Assembly (NCBI GenBank): GCA_963754315.1 | Contig: CAVWFS010000006.1 | Location: forward strand, 160,001 to 224,000 | Reading direction: 5' to 3' | Length of the DNA: 64,000 nt | Source of the DNA: an uncultured Candidatus Rokubacteria bacterium | Lineage (GTDB): Bacteria > Methylomirabilota > Methylomirabilia > Rokubacteriales > CSP1-6 | Made by a program: the position numbers and the translations under genes | The notes under the pieces: generated by a model | What the model was told of the DNA's origin: nothing | Database searches by the model: none | What the model saw: only the letters and a program-made list of their open reading frames with translations | Part shown: positions 47,485 through 56,178 of the stretch, one piece after another | Position numbering within the stretch: position 1 is the first letter of the stretch | Layout of the letters: the number at the start of each line of letters is the position of its first letter

Positions 47485-48669
47485 TCAGTCGGCGCGCAGC
47501 AGCAAGCCGTTCAGATAACGGGTCTCTGGGACCGTCAGGAGCACCGGATGGTCGACGGCCTGGGCTAGTGGCTCCACGACCCAGAGCGAGAGACGAGCAT
47601 CGGCGGCTGCTTCGCGGCAGATCTCCTCGAGGCGCGCCCCTGTGACGTGATGGGAGCATGCGAACGTCATCAGATGGCCGCCGGGAGCCAGCAAGCGCAT
47701 CGCCCGCAGGTTGATTTCTTTGTAGCCGCGCATCGCTGCCGGCAGGGCCGCCCGGGACGGCGCGAACGGCGGGGGATCGAGGACGATCAGGCCGAAGCGG
47801 ACCCGCTCGCGCTCGAGTCGTCGCAGCTCGTCAAAGGCGTTACCCCCGCGTATTTCGCCCGCGCCAGCCAACCCATTGAGCGCGAGGTTCGCGTCGGCCC
47901 CCTTGATGGCCTCAGGCGAGGATTCCAGGCACACAGCCCGCCGCGCCCCACCTCGGAGGGCATGGCAAGCGAAGCCGGCCGTGTACGAGAAGGCGTCGAG
48001 CATGTCGCAGTCGCGGGCCAGAGAGGCCGCCCGTCGCCGGTTTTCCGCCTGGTCCAGGTAGAGACCGGTCTTGTGCCCGGCGCCTAGGCTCACCCGCAGC
48101 CGTGCGATGCCCTCGTCCACGATCACGTCGGCGGGACCGGGCCGATCGAACCACCCCCGTTCCGGAGCGAATCCCTCCAGGGCTGCCGGCGCCGCCTCGT
48201 CGGCGTTGAGCACGGGCCAATCGCCGAGGAGCGAGCGCAACGCGGCTATCAGCAGGGGCCGAACGCTGGACATCCCGAGGGTTTGACACTGCAGGACCAG
48301 GACGGCCCCGTAGCGATCCACGACCAGCCCTGGAAGCATGTCGGCTTCGCTCCACACGAGCCGGCCGGCGGTCACGAGGGAAGATGTCATCGCTCCTGAT
48401 CGACCTGACCGGCGGAGGGCTGCCTCGAGCCTGCTGTGGAAGAAGGCGAGATCAAGGGGCTCGTCGCGGCGGGTGAGGATGCGACAGCAGAGAGCAGGGC
48501 GAGGGTTATAGAACCCGCGGCCCACGAAGCGCGCGGAGGCATCCACAACCGTCAGCGCGGTGCCCGGCGCGACGTCGCTGACGTCGGCCACATCGGCCTT
48601 GAAGATCCAGGGATGGACGCGCGCGCGGTCGTGATCGCGCTTCAGCCTGAGCGCGGGGTGTGCTGTCAT
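47485..48669 (-). CDS. RlmI/RlmK-like class I SAM-dependent rRNA methyltransferase with PUA-like N-terminus
   Basis: HPWIF, SEADMLPGLVVDRY, GHKTGLYLDQ, FSYTAGF, LDPPPFA, PETRYL. Confidence 0.88.
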   Translation of the reverse strand: MTAHPALRLKRDHDRARVHPWIFKADVADVSDVAPGTALTVVDASARFVGRGFYNPRPALCCRILTRRDEPLDLAFFHSRLEAALRRSGRSGAMTSSLVTAGRLVWSEADMLPGLVVDRYGAVLVLQCQTLGMSSVRPLLIAALRSLLGDWPVLNADEAAPAALEGFAPERGWFDRPGPADVIVDEGIARLRVSLGAGHKTGLYLDQAENRRRAASLARDCDMLDAFSYTAGFACHALRGGARRAVCLESSPEAIKGADANLALNGLAGAGEIRGGNAFDELRRLERERVRFGLIVLDPPPFAPSRAALPAAMRGYKEINLRAMRLLAPGGHLMTFACSHHVTGARLEEICREAAADARLSLWVVEPLAQAVDHPVLLTVPETRYLNGLLLRAD

Positions 48670-48675
48670 GGTATT

Positions 48676-48860
48676 GGATCGCGCTGTGGGTGAACCGCCG
48701 TTTCCAGACAGCTCTCGGGCGGGCATTGCGAGAAGGGCTGCCTCCCGACGAGACGATCCGCGCCTACGAGACGATCTACTTTCCGGCGCAGCGAATCCAC
48801 TTCGTCCGGCACGACCCGCGCGGAGCGGCCGACCTCATCATTGCCAACGATCCCCGGCTC
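48676..48860 (+). pseudogene. C-terminal remnant of a uridine-kinase-like gene
   Basis: Frame reads 'WIALWVNRRFQTALGRALREGLPPDETIRAYETIYFPAQRIHFVRHDPRGAADLIIANDPRL', which resembles the tail of uridine-kinase-like P-loop proteins; no P-loop or plausible start; antisense to both flanking genes. Confidence 0.5.
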
Positions 48861-49653
48861 ATCGCCGCCGACCCTTCCTCCGGAGGACGACCACCATCAG
48901 CAGCGGGTGACGGGAACGCTCCAGCACCTGGTGGTGCTTGAAGCCGAAGAACCACTGGACGAACTCGAACCCGCCGGCCAGTTCGACGAGCGCCTTCATC
49001 TCCTGCGGAAAGACCATGCGGGATGAGTGGGTCTGCCGGTACAGGCGCCGGGTACCATTCTCGATCGCCTCCAAGGTCATCTTCTCGCGGAAGACCTGGG
49101 TGACAGGATTGAGATCATGGAGTGCCGAGAAGGAGGCGCGCACGATCAGGCTGCCCCGCCGCTTGGACCACGACCAGCTCCGGGCCGGATCGGTCCAGGA
49201 CGATGCCATGTAGCGGTCGAAGACGTAGATGCCGCCCGGCCGAAGATTGGCCGCCACGGCCCGGAAATGGCTCAGGAGGGCCTCGTTCGTGAGCAGGTGA
49301 CCCTGCGAGTCCTGCATGCAGATGGCGGCGTCCACGGGACGGGACAGGCGGAAGGCGGTCATGTCGCCGACGGTCAGCTCACCCTCGTACCCCTTGGCGG
49401 CGAGCCGCTGGCGCAGGAATTCGACGTTGCGACTGGATAGATCGAGGCCGGCCATGTGATAACCACGCGCGGCGAGCCGCATCAGGTGGGGGCCGGTGCC
49501 GCACGCAATGTCGAGGACCCGGCGGACGGGGACGCGGGCGTAACTCCTGAAGCACTGCACGAGAAAGTCCACCTCGGCCCGGCGATTCAGGTCGAAGGCG
49601 ATCTCGTAGAGGCGGGGTGCCGTGTACTCGCGTGCTTGGCGTCGGGCCTTCAC
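48859..49653 (-). CDS. Class I SAM-dependent methyltransferase, substrate unknown
   Basis: VLDIACGTG, GLDLS, GDMTAF, LRPGGIYVFD; GTG start overlaps the speB stop (GTGA). Confidence 0.88.
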   Translation of the reverse strand: MKARRQAREYTAPRLYEIAFDLNRRAEVDFLVQCFRSYARVPVRRVLDIACGTGPHLMRLAARGYHMAGLDLSSRNVEFLRQRLAAKGYEGELTVGDMTAFRLSRPVDAAICMQDSQGHLLTNEALLSHFRAVAANLRPGGIYVFDRYMASSWTDPARSWSWSKRRGSLIVRASFSALHDLNPVTQVFREKMTLEAIENGTRRLYRQTHSSRMVFPQEMKALVELAGGFEFVQWFFGFKHHQVLERSRHPLLMVVVLRRKGRRR

Positions 49654-50534
49654 GGTGTGGCCGTGGGGTGAGCCAGGGAGCCCCACCACGAGAGGATCGC
49701 CTCGCGAATGACCCAGGAGGCGGCGATGCCGGTCCGCCCGCTCGGGTCCCAGGCGTGGGTCACCTCGACCAGGTCTCCCCCGATCACGGGACACGCGCCC
49801 AGCATTCGCACGATGTCGATCAGCTCGGACACACGGATCCCGCATGGTTCTGGCGAGCCCGTGCCGGGCGCCTCTGAGGGGTCCAGGACGTCGACGTCGA
49901 TGGTGACATAGAGTGGATGCACGGCCAGCTCCGGTAGAAGGCGGCGCACCGCCTCCACCGGATCGACCTCGAACGCCGGGAAGAAGCGCGGTCCGCGGCG
50001 CGCGTACTCCTCCCGGGCGCCCGTTCTGATGCCCACCTGGTAGACCCGAGCGGGCGGAATGACATCCATCACCCGTGCCATCGCCGAGGCATAGTTGTAG
50101 CGCTCGCCAAGGAACTGGTCACGCAGATCGGGATGGGCGTCGAGCTGGAGCACCCGCAGCTCGGGGAAGTGAGGCGCGAGGGCTTCGATCACGGGCACCG
50201 TCGCCGTGTGATCCCCGCCGAGCATGAACGGAATGAGCCCCGGACGCCACCACGCGGCGATCTCCGCCCGGGCTGCCTCCAGCTGCTCGCGCGGAGGGGC
50301 GCCGTCCGGGAGCTCACAATCGCCGAGGTCGGCCAGCGGCATATCCTCCAGGTCGAGACCGAGCACAGGCGAGTACGTCTCGATGGAGTCGGAGGCGAGA
50401 CGGAGGTCTCGGGGACCGCTGTCGGCTCCCTTGCGGAGGTTGACGCGCCCCTCGAATGGTAGGCCGTAGAGGACGATGGCGGCCGCCGACAGGGGCCGGT
50501 GACAGGCGATGAAGCGTGGAACCGCCGGTCGCAC
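49650..50534 (-). CDS. speB: Agmatinase / N1-aminopropylagmatine ureohydrolase (arginase family)
   Basis: LGGDHT, LDAHPDLRD, TIDVDVLDPSEAPGTGSPE, DLVEV. Confidence 0.9.
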   Translation of the reverse strand: MRPAVPRFIACHRPLSAAAIVLYGLPFEGRVNLRKGADSGPRDLRLASDSIETYSPVLGLDLEDMPLADLGDCELPDGAPPREQLEAARAEIAAWWRPGLIPFMLGGDHTATVPVIEALAPHFPELRVLQLDAHPDLRDQFLGERYNYASAMARVMDVIPPARVYQVGIRTGAREEYARRGPRFFPAFEVDPVEAVRRLLPELAVHPLYVTIDVDVLDPSEAPGTGSPEPCGIRVSELIDIVRMLGACPVIGGDLVEVTHAWDPSGRTGIAASWVIREAILSWWGSLAHPTATP

Positions 50535-50556
50535 GGCGCCGCTCCCGCCGGCGCCG

Positions 50557-51036
50557 CTAGACGAGATCCTCGTCGGCGAGAAGGGTGATGGCGGCCAGCG
50601 CGCAGCCGATGCGCTCCACTCGGTGCTCGGCCGCGAAAATCTTCTTCTCCCGGATCACCTCGCCCCGCACCCTGAACGCTTCCTCAAGCATCGTGTCGAT
50701 CGCCCGCTCGGCCTCCAGCTGGGTCGCCACGCCGTGGAACTCCATGATGACCCCATTCTTGGCCGGATCGTCGGGGAGGGCGTAACCGACCGCTGCCGCC
50801 AGCATCTCGCCCGGTGTCTCGCTCGTGATGGCGGCGTATGCGGTGGGGACGATGGCGCCCAGGCGAATCTTGGGAAGCTCGACGACGGCCACCTCGGGCG
50901 GGAGGATGCTCGAGACCTTGATGAGGTTGATGTTGCCAATCCCCGCGGCCAGCAGCGCGTTGTCGAACGCGTTGAGGCTGCTCCCGCCCTCCGCGTGTCC
51001 GGCGGTCGCCGCCGCCATGGTGATTCGCCTCGTCAT
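50557..51036 (-). CDS. pdaD: Pyruvoyl-dependent arginine decarboxylase
   Basis: LNAFDNALLAAGIGNINLIKVSSILPP (Ser-Ser self-cleavage site), GVIME; SD AAGGAGG. Confidence 0.9.
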   Translation of the reverse strand: MTRRITMAAATAGHAEGGSSLNAFDNALLAAGIGNINLIKVSSILPPEVAVVELPKIRLGAIVPTAYAAITSETPGEMLAAAVGYALPDDPAKNGVIMEFHGVATQLEAERAIDTMLEEAFRVRGEVIREKKIFAAEHRVERIGCALAAITLLADEDLV

Positions 51037-51059
51037 CCGTTCCTCCTTCGGAAAATCCA

Positions 51060-51146
51060 TGTCACTGTACCGAGCGTCGGCGGGAATGCAAGCGAAAAGT
51101 GCGTAGTTTTTGCTTGCAATCACCCCCCCCCAACCCTACAGTGACA
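51060..51146. promoter_or_regulatory. Symmetric divergent promoter pair for pdaD-speB and speD-speE
   Basis: Plus: TTGCAA (51114-51119), 17 nt, TACAGT (51137-51142). Minus: TTGCAT (51091-51086), 16 nt, TACAGT (51069-51064). Two nested inverted repeats. Confidence 0.7.
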
Positions 51147-51246
51147 GAGGTTTCCGCCGCGGCGGGAAAATTTCCCTGAAGACAACGGCGACGAGATGCG
51201 TCGCAGGAGATGTGCTGTAGATGAACGGAACGAGGAGGAACATGGA

Positions 51247-51642
51247 TTGAACGCGTTGGGAAGACACCTGCTGCTCGAGTTGTTCGATTGCGATTTCGAC
51301 GCCATCGCCAATCTCGAGACCGTGAAGAGCGCGCTGGTCGAAGGGGCGCGGCGCGCGCACGCCACCATCGTGGATGTGGTCTTCCACGAGTTCAACCCCT
51401 TCGGGATCAGCGGCGTGGTGGTGATCGCGGAATCCCACCTTTCGATCCATACCTGGCCGGAGCATCGCTACGCCGCCGTGGACATCTTCTCCTGTGGAGA
51501 GACGCTCAAGCCGGAGATCGCCGCCAACTATCTGGTGGAGCAGTTCGGCGCCGAGCGGACCTCGGTCGTCGAGCTCCAGCGGGGCCTCTTCCTCAACGCG
51601 GGAACGCCCCTCCCCAACAAGGGTCCCCTCGCCGTTCGGTGA
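51247..51642 (+). CDS. speD: S-adenosylmethionine decarboxylase proenzyme (class 1b); TTG start
   Basis: LGRHLLLEL, FHEFNPFGISGVVVIAESHLSIHTWPE, VDIFSCG; SD GAGGAGG at 51232-51238. Confidence 0.93.
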   Translation: MNALGRHLLLELFDCDFDAIANLETVKSALVEGARRAHATIVDVVFHEFNPFGISGVVVIAESHLSIHTWPEHRYAAVDIFSCGETLKPEIAANYLVEQFGAERTSVVELQRGLFLNAGTPLPNKGPLAVR

Positions 51643-51664
51643 GGGGGGCGACGGTCGGCGCGTG

Positions 51665-52585
51665 ATGATCAACCCGAAGTCCTACAAATGGTTTCTGGAA
51701 ACGACGACCCCCGTCGAGGGGCACATGCATGCCATCGTGCGGACCCTCGTCGAGGCCCAGACGAAGTTCCAGCACGTCGAGATCATCGAGACGGCCTCCT
51801 ACGGCAAGGCGCTCATCCTCGACGGTCGCATCCAGAGCAGTCAGGCCGACGAGTTCGTCTATCACGAGGCGCTGGTCCATCCCGGCTTGCTGATCTCGAG
51901 CGCCCCCCCGTCCAGCGCGCTCGTCATCGGGGGAGGGGAGGGCGCCACCGTGCGCGAAATCCTCCGCCACCCGTCCATCCGGCGCGTGGTCATGGTCGAC
52001 ATCGACGCTGAGGTGGTCGACCTCTGCCAGCGGTACCTCCCCGAGATGCACCAGGGCGCCTTCACCGATCCCCGCACCGAGTTCCGCGCCGAGGACGCGC
52101 GTGGCTACCTGGAGCGTACGGCCGAGCGCTTCGATCTGATCGTGATCGACCTGGTCGAGCCCCTGGAAGAGGGACCCGCCTGCCTGCTTTTCACCCGGGA
52201 GTTCTACACGCTCGTGAGAGAGCGCCTCACCCCGGGCGGGGCCATGACCATGCAAGCAGGCATGACGAAAATCGGGGAGATCGACTTCTTCACCAGCATC
52301 AACCGCACCTTGCGTGATGTCTTCCCGGTGGTGGCTGGCTACCAGACGTTCATCTCGTGCTTCGGGACCCCCTGGGGATTCATCCTCGCGTCGCGCGAGA
52401 ACGATCCCTGCGCCCAGAGTCCGGAAACCGTCGATCGGCTCGTCACGGAGCGCGTCCAGGGGGAGCTCGCGTACTGGGACGGCCGCACACACGTACACGC
52501 CTTCAACCTGCCGAAGTTCCTTCGCCGCGCCATTGACGCCCAGACTCGTATCGTCACCGACACAAACCCTCTCATCGTGAGTTGA
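51665..52585 (+). CDS. speE: Polyamine aminopropyltransferase
   Basis: YGKALILDG, DEFVYHEALVHP, IGGGEGATVRE, VDID, IVIDLVEP, LFTREFY. Confidence 0.93.
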   Translation: MINPKSYKWFLETTTPVEGHMHAIVRTLVEAQTKFQHVEIIETASYGKALILDGRIQSSQADEFVYHEALVHPGLLISSAPPSSALVIGGGEGATVREILRHPSIRRVVMVDIDAEVVDLCQRYLPEMHQGAFTDPRTEFRAEDARGYLERTAERFDLIVIDLVEPLEEGPACLLFTREFYTLVRERLTPGGAMTMQAGMTKIGEIDFFTSINRTLRDVFPVVAGYQTFISCFGTPWGFILASRENDPCAQSPETVDRLVTERVQGELAYWDGRTHVHAFNLPKFLRRAIDAQTRIVTDTNPLIVS

Positions 52586-52586
52586 C

Positions 52587-52615
52587 GGGTGGGGAGCCCG
52601 GTGCTCCCCCGCCCC
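52587..52615 (+). terminator. GC-rich hairpin after speE
   Basis: GGGTGGGGAGC..GCTCCCCCGCCC imperfect stem; no U tract. Confidence 0.35.
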
Positions 52616-52641
52616 CGGCGCGCCACGCGTGACGATCGGTG

Positions 52642-53238
52642 ATGAATCCCGGGCCGCGCCTGATCCTGGCCTCCGCCTCCCCGAGACGCCGCGAGTTGCT
52701 CGGGTTCCTCTGCGCCGAATTCGAGGTGGTGGTGAGCGGCGTGGACGAGACTCTGGATGCCCCTGCGTCGGGGCTCGCGGCCTCCCGCCTCGCCCTGCGC
52801 AAGGCCCGCGCCGTCGCGGCTCGAGTCGGCCACGGCGTGGTGTTGGCCGCCGATACGCTCGTCGTGGCAGAGGGCGAGTCGCTTGGTAAGCCCGCCGGGC
52901 CGGACGAGGCGCGCGCGATGCTCACACGTCTCTCCGGCCGCGCCCATCACGTCATCACCGGCGTGGCGGTGGTCGAGGCCGAGACGAACCGGGAGCGATG
53001 CGAGGCTGCAACGAGCTCAGTCTTCATGCAGGAGCTGGGATCGGCCGAGATCGACGCGTACGTGGCGAGCGGCGAACCTCTGGACAAGGCCGGGGCCTAC
53101 GCCATCCAGGGGCGCGGGGGACGCTTCGTCACAGCCCTGTTCGGCTCGTACTCGAATGTGGTTGGCCTCCCATTACCCCAGGCGCGAGCGCTTCTCGCCG
53201 CCTTTGGAGTGCCGGTGGCCAGCGCGCCCTCAGCGTGA
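52642..53238 (+). CDS. maf: Maf family nucleotide pyrophosphatase (YhdE type)
   Basis: LILASASPRRRELL, LAADT, LGKP, GEPLDKAGAYAIQG, NVVGLP. Confidence 0.93.
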   Translation: MNPGPRLILASASPRRRELLGFLCAEFEVVVSGVDETLDAPASGLAASRLALRKARAVAARVGHGVVLAADTLVVAEGESLGKPAGPDEARAMLTRLSGRAHHVITGVAVVEAETNRERCEAATSSVFMQELGSAEIDAYVASGEPLDKAGAYAIQGRGGRFVTALFGSYSNVVGLPLPQARALLAAFGVPVASAPSA

Positions 53239-54193
53239 TCGGGTGAGCGCGCGGCGCAGAGGTTCGAGGTAGAGCATGTCCTCAGGTCGGGGGAGCGTGA
53301 GGGAGGCCGGTAAGGGCAGGTGAGCGACGATGAGCTCGATCGTTCGCCTCAGCTGGGCGGGGCTCACGCGGCCTTCGGGGAGATAGATTCCTTTCGTGGC
53401 AGCCAGCCTCGTCTCGAACTCCTGCGGGGTGCCCACGATGCGGGCCGGGAGCCGCTCCGCCAGCGACGGTGCCGAGCCGCTGCGGATCCGCTCCTCGGCA
53501 GCGAGGAGGGCGTAGGCGAACGCGGCCAGATCTGCGTCGCTGACCTTGCGCTCACGCCGAGTGAAGACAGCGGCGCTGACCGTCGGTGCCCCGAGCGCCG
53601 TCGTGACGCTCTCCGCAGTCCGGAGATCGGCCAGCAGCACGCCCGTTGCCGTCGGCGAGCATTCTGCTGGCTGTAGGCTCACCGACCATGCCCGCTTGAA
53701 TCTCGCCGCTGTGAAGGGCACCCGGGAGCCCCCGCGCGCCGAGACTGATGAGCTGCACCTGTGCGGGGTTCACCTTGGCCATGGCCAGAATCCCCAGGAG
53801 CCAGGTGTGTTCGGGCGCCCCCGGCGCGGAAAGACCAACCTTCGTCCCGGCGAGCTTGTCAACCGATTCCGGCTCGCCTGGTCTCGCGCTGGCTAGCAGG
53901 GCAACTGGCGGCGCGGCCGTGAGACCAAACACCAGACGGGGAGCGGGCACCGTTGGCCGAGTTCCGAAGCGCAGGAGCGCCTCCAGCGAGGTCGCAGCGA
54001 GGTCCACCTGGCCCTGGGCCAGGGCCTCGGCAGCGCCGACTTCGGCACGAGTCGAGCGGAGGGTGACATTGAGCCCTTCGCGCGTGAAGAGGCCTTCGGC
54101 CTCGGCCACCCAGAGCGGCAGGTACTCGGGTGACGTAGCCGGCCCGCTCACGGCGACGGTCAGTGCCTGCAAGAGTAGGATGAGGCCCAGCAT
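53230..54193 (-). CDS. ABC substrate-binding protein, NMT1/THI5/SsuA-like; frameshift near 53645
   Basis: YLPLWVAEAEGLFTREGLNV, ALAQGQVDLA, LAGTKVGLSAPG, ALHSGEIQAG; continues in ORF 53230..53721. Confidence 0.75.
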
Positions 54194-54254
54194 GGGGTCA
54201 GGGAGCCGAGCGCTCACGCACTGGCGACGGATCCCGGGCCCGCCGCGAGACGCC

Positions 54255-55166
54255 GTGAAGGCGCGCCTGCTGCGCCTGTACGTGGCTCTGGAGGGCTGGT
54301 TCGGCCCTCAGCGCTGGTGGCCGGCGCGGACCGCTTACGAGGTCGCCGCTGGCGCCATCCTGACGCAGTTCACCTCCTGGCGTAACGCAAAGCGCGCCAT
54401 CGGCGAGCTGCGTGCCCGGCGCTTGTTGAGCCCGGCGCGGCTGGCCGCTGTCAGCGAGGACGACCTCGGGCAGGCATTGCGGGTGGCTGGAACCTATCGC
54501 CTCAAGGCCCGGCGCCTGCGCGCGTTCACGGCATGGCTGCTCGAACGGTTCGATGGTCGCTTTGAGGAGATGCGACGTCTGCCCCTCGGAGCCTTGCGGC
54601 GGGATCTGCTGAGGATTCCTGGGGTAGGGCCCGAGACGGCTGACGTCATCTTGCTCTACTCGGCGGGCCGTCCTGTATTCGTCGTCGACGAGTACGCGCG
54701 CCGTGTGCTCGCCCGTCACGGCGTCATGCGGCGCGGTCTTTCTTACGAGGCGGCCCGCGCGTTCCTGGAAGCACACCTGCCGTCGGACCCCGCCCTGTTC
54801 AACGAGTATCATGCACTGCTGGTAGCGGTCGGCAAGGCGTACTGCCGCGCCACGCCCGACTGCGGGAACTGTCCGTTGCGTTTTGATCTATTAAGGTCGG
54901 GGGGAGCGAAGCGCCGGCCTCTTCGTGCGAAGGGGGCAACGCCCCCCCGGTCTCCCCCGGCCCGACACCCCCCACTTTCTGAAGTCGGGGGAGCGAAGCG
55001 CCGCTCCTCCCCGACACCCCCCACCGCCTTCGGAGAGCCAGGGAGGATCAAGGGGCACGACCGTCGCGGACGGCGAGGACCAGGTCCGCCAGCCGCTCGG
55101 CGGCGTCGGGAACGGCCAAGGTCCGGGCGCGATCGCCCATCTCCTTCAGGTGGCCGGGATCGCTGA
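54255..55166 (+). CDS. Endonuclease III-related HhH-GPD DNA glycosylase; C-terminus extended through a repeat
   Basis: GPQRWWP, GAILTQFTSW, LLRIPGVGPETADVILLY, FVVDEY, EYHALLV..KAYC..PDC..CPL. Confidence 0.85.
   Translation: MKARLLRLYVALEGWFGPQRWWPARTAYEVAAGAILTQFTSWRNAKRAIGELRARRLLSPARLAAVSEDDLGQALRVAGTYRLKARRLRAFTAWLLERFDGRFEEMRRLPLGALRRDLLRIPGVGPETADVILLYSAGRPVFVVDEYARRVLARHGVMRRGLSYEAARAFLEAHLPSDPALFNEYHALLVAVGKAYCRATPDCGNCPLRFDLLRSGGAKRRPLRAKGATPPRSPPARHPPLSEVGGAKRRSSPTPPTAFGEPGRIKGHDRRGRRGPGPPAARRRRERPRSGRDRPSPSGGRDR
54893..55032 (+). repeat. Two related hairpin-forming repeat units (second repeat type)
   Basis: GTCGGGGG(G)AGCGAAGCGCCG...CCCGACACCCCC(C)AC at ~54896 and ~54984. Confidence 0.75.
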
Positions 55167-56178
55167 GCAGGTCTCGGACCGAGGCCACGAGGCTCGCGGG
55201 TGTGAGGGCCGCCTGCGGCAGCACCACCGCGCCGCCTGCTCGCTCGGCCAGGCGCGCATTGGCCATCTGCTCGTTCCCGCTCGCACCGGGAAGGGGAACG
55301 TAGATCGCCGGTAGACCGAGCTGGCAGCATTCGTTGAGAGTTCCCGCCCCCGCCCGCGTCACCATCAGCGTCGTGGCGGCGTAAAGATCGCCGAGCTCCT
55401 CACCCACGAACGGCATGATCGTGTAGCGCGTGGCCTCCGCCGCTGGTAGGCGCGCCCGCCGATCCTCGAGCCACTGTCGATCGCCAGTCGCGGGGTTGTC
55501 GCCGCACTGGTGCACCACTTGCGCCTGCTCCAGGAGTTCCTCCAGCGCTTCGCCCACCACACGATTGACCCGCGAGGCCCCCTGGGCCCCGCCCGTCACG
55601 TAGAGGAGGGGGAGAGAAGGATCGAGGCCAAAGCGGGCGATGGCAGCCTCACGGGAGCCGAGACGAAGCTCGGGTCGGAGGGGATTGCCCGTGAGCACCG
55701 TCCGCCGGGACGAGAAGTAGGGACGCGAGGCATCCCAGCTGACCGCGACTCGGCGCGCGACCTTGGCCGCCAGCCGATTGGCAACCCCCGGCACGCTCGT
55801 TTGCTCGTGGACGACGAGCGGGATGCGCAGGCTGGCGGCAGCCATAGCCACCGGAAGCGCCACGAAGCCACCCGTACCGAGGACGACGCTGGGCCGCAGG
55901 CGGCGCAGCAATCGCCAGGCCTGAGCGAATCCGGTGGGAACACGGACGACGAGGTCGGTTACGTTCTGCCAGTCCCAGTACCGGCGCAGCTTGCCTGTTG
56001 CAATGGAGTGATACGCGATACCGTGCTCGGGAACGCGTCGCGCCTCGAGACCGTTCGCGCTTCCGATCCAGAGGCAAGTCGCACCGCGAGCGCGGAGCGC
56101 GGACACAACGGCCAGTCCGGGACTCGTGTGCCCGCCGGTGCCCCCGCCGGCGATAACGACGGGGCCAGCGGCCGTCAC
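55048..56178 (-). CDS. murG: Lipid II N-acetylglucosaminyltransferase
   Basis: AGGGTGGH, GKLRRY, GTGGFVA, HEQ, TGNPLR, TGGAQGA, TRAGAGT, EQMANA. Confidence 0.92.
   Translation of the reverse strand: MTAAGPVVIAGGGTGGHTSPGLAVVSALRARGATCLWIGSANGLEARRVPEHGIAYHSIATGKLRRYWDWQNVTDLVVRVPTGFAQAWRLLRRLRPSVVLGTGGFVALPVAMAAASLRIPLVVHEQTSVPGVANRLAAKVARRVAVSWDASRPYFSSRRTVLTGNPLRPELRLGSREAAIARFGLDPSLPLLYVTGGAQGASRVNRVVGEALEELLEQAQVVHQCGDNPATGDRQWLEDRRARLPAAEATRYTIMPFVGEELGDLYAATTLMVTRAGAGTLNECCQLGLPAIYVPLPGASGNEQMANARLAERAGGAVVLPQAALTPASLVASVRDLLSDPGHLKEMGDRARTLAVPDAAERLADLVLAVRDGRAP

Noticed and set aside
51147..51246. SAM or other riboswitch in the speD leader
   Set aside because: I could not identify the conserved core of any known riboswitch by eye; an Rfam scan would be needed
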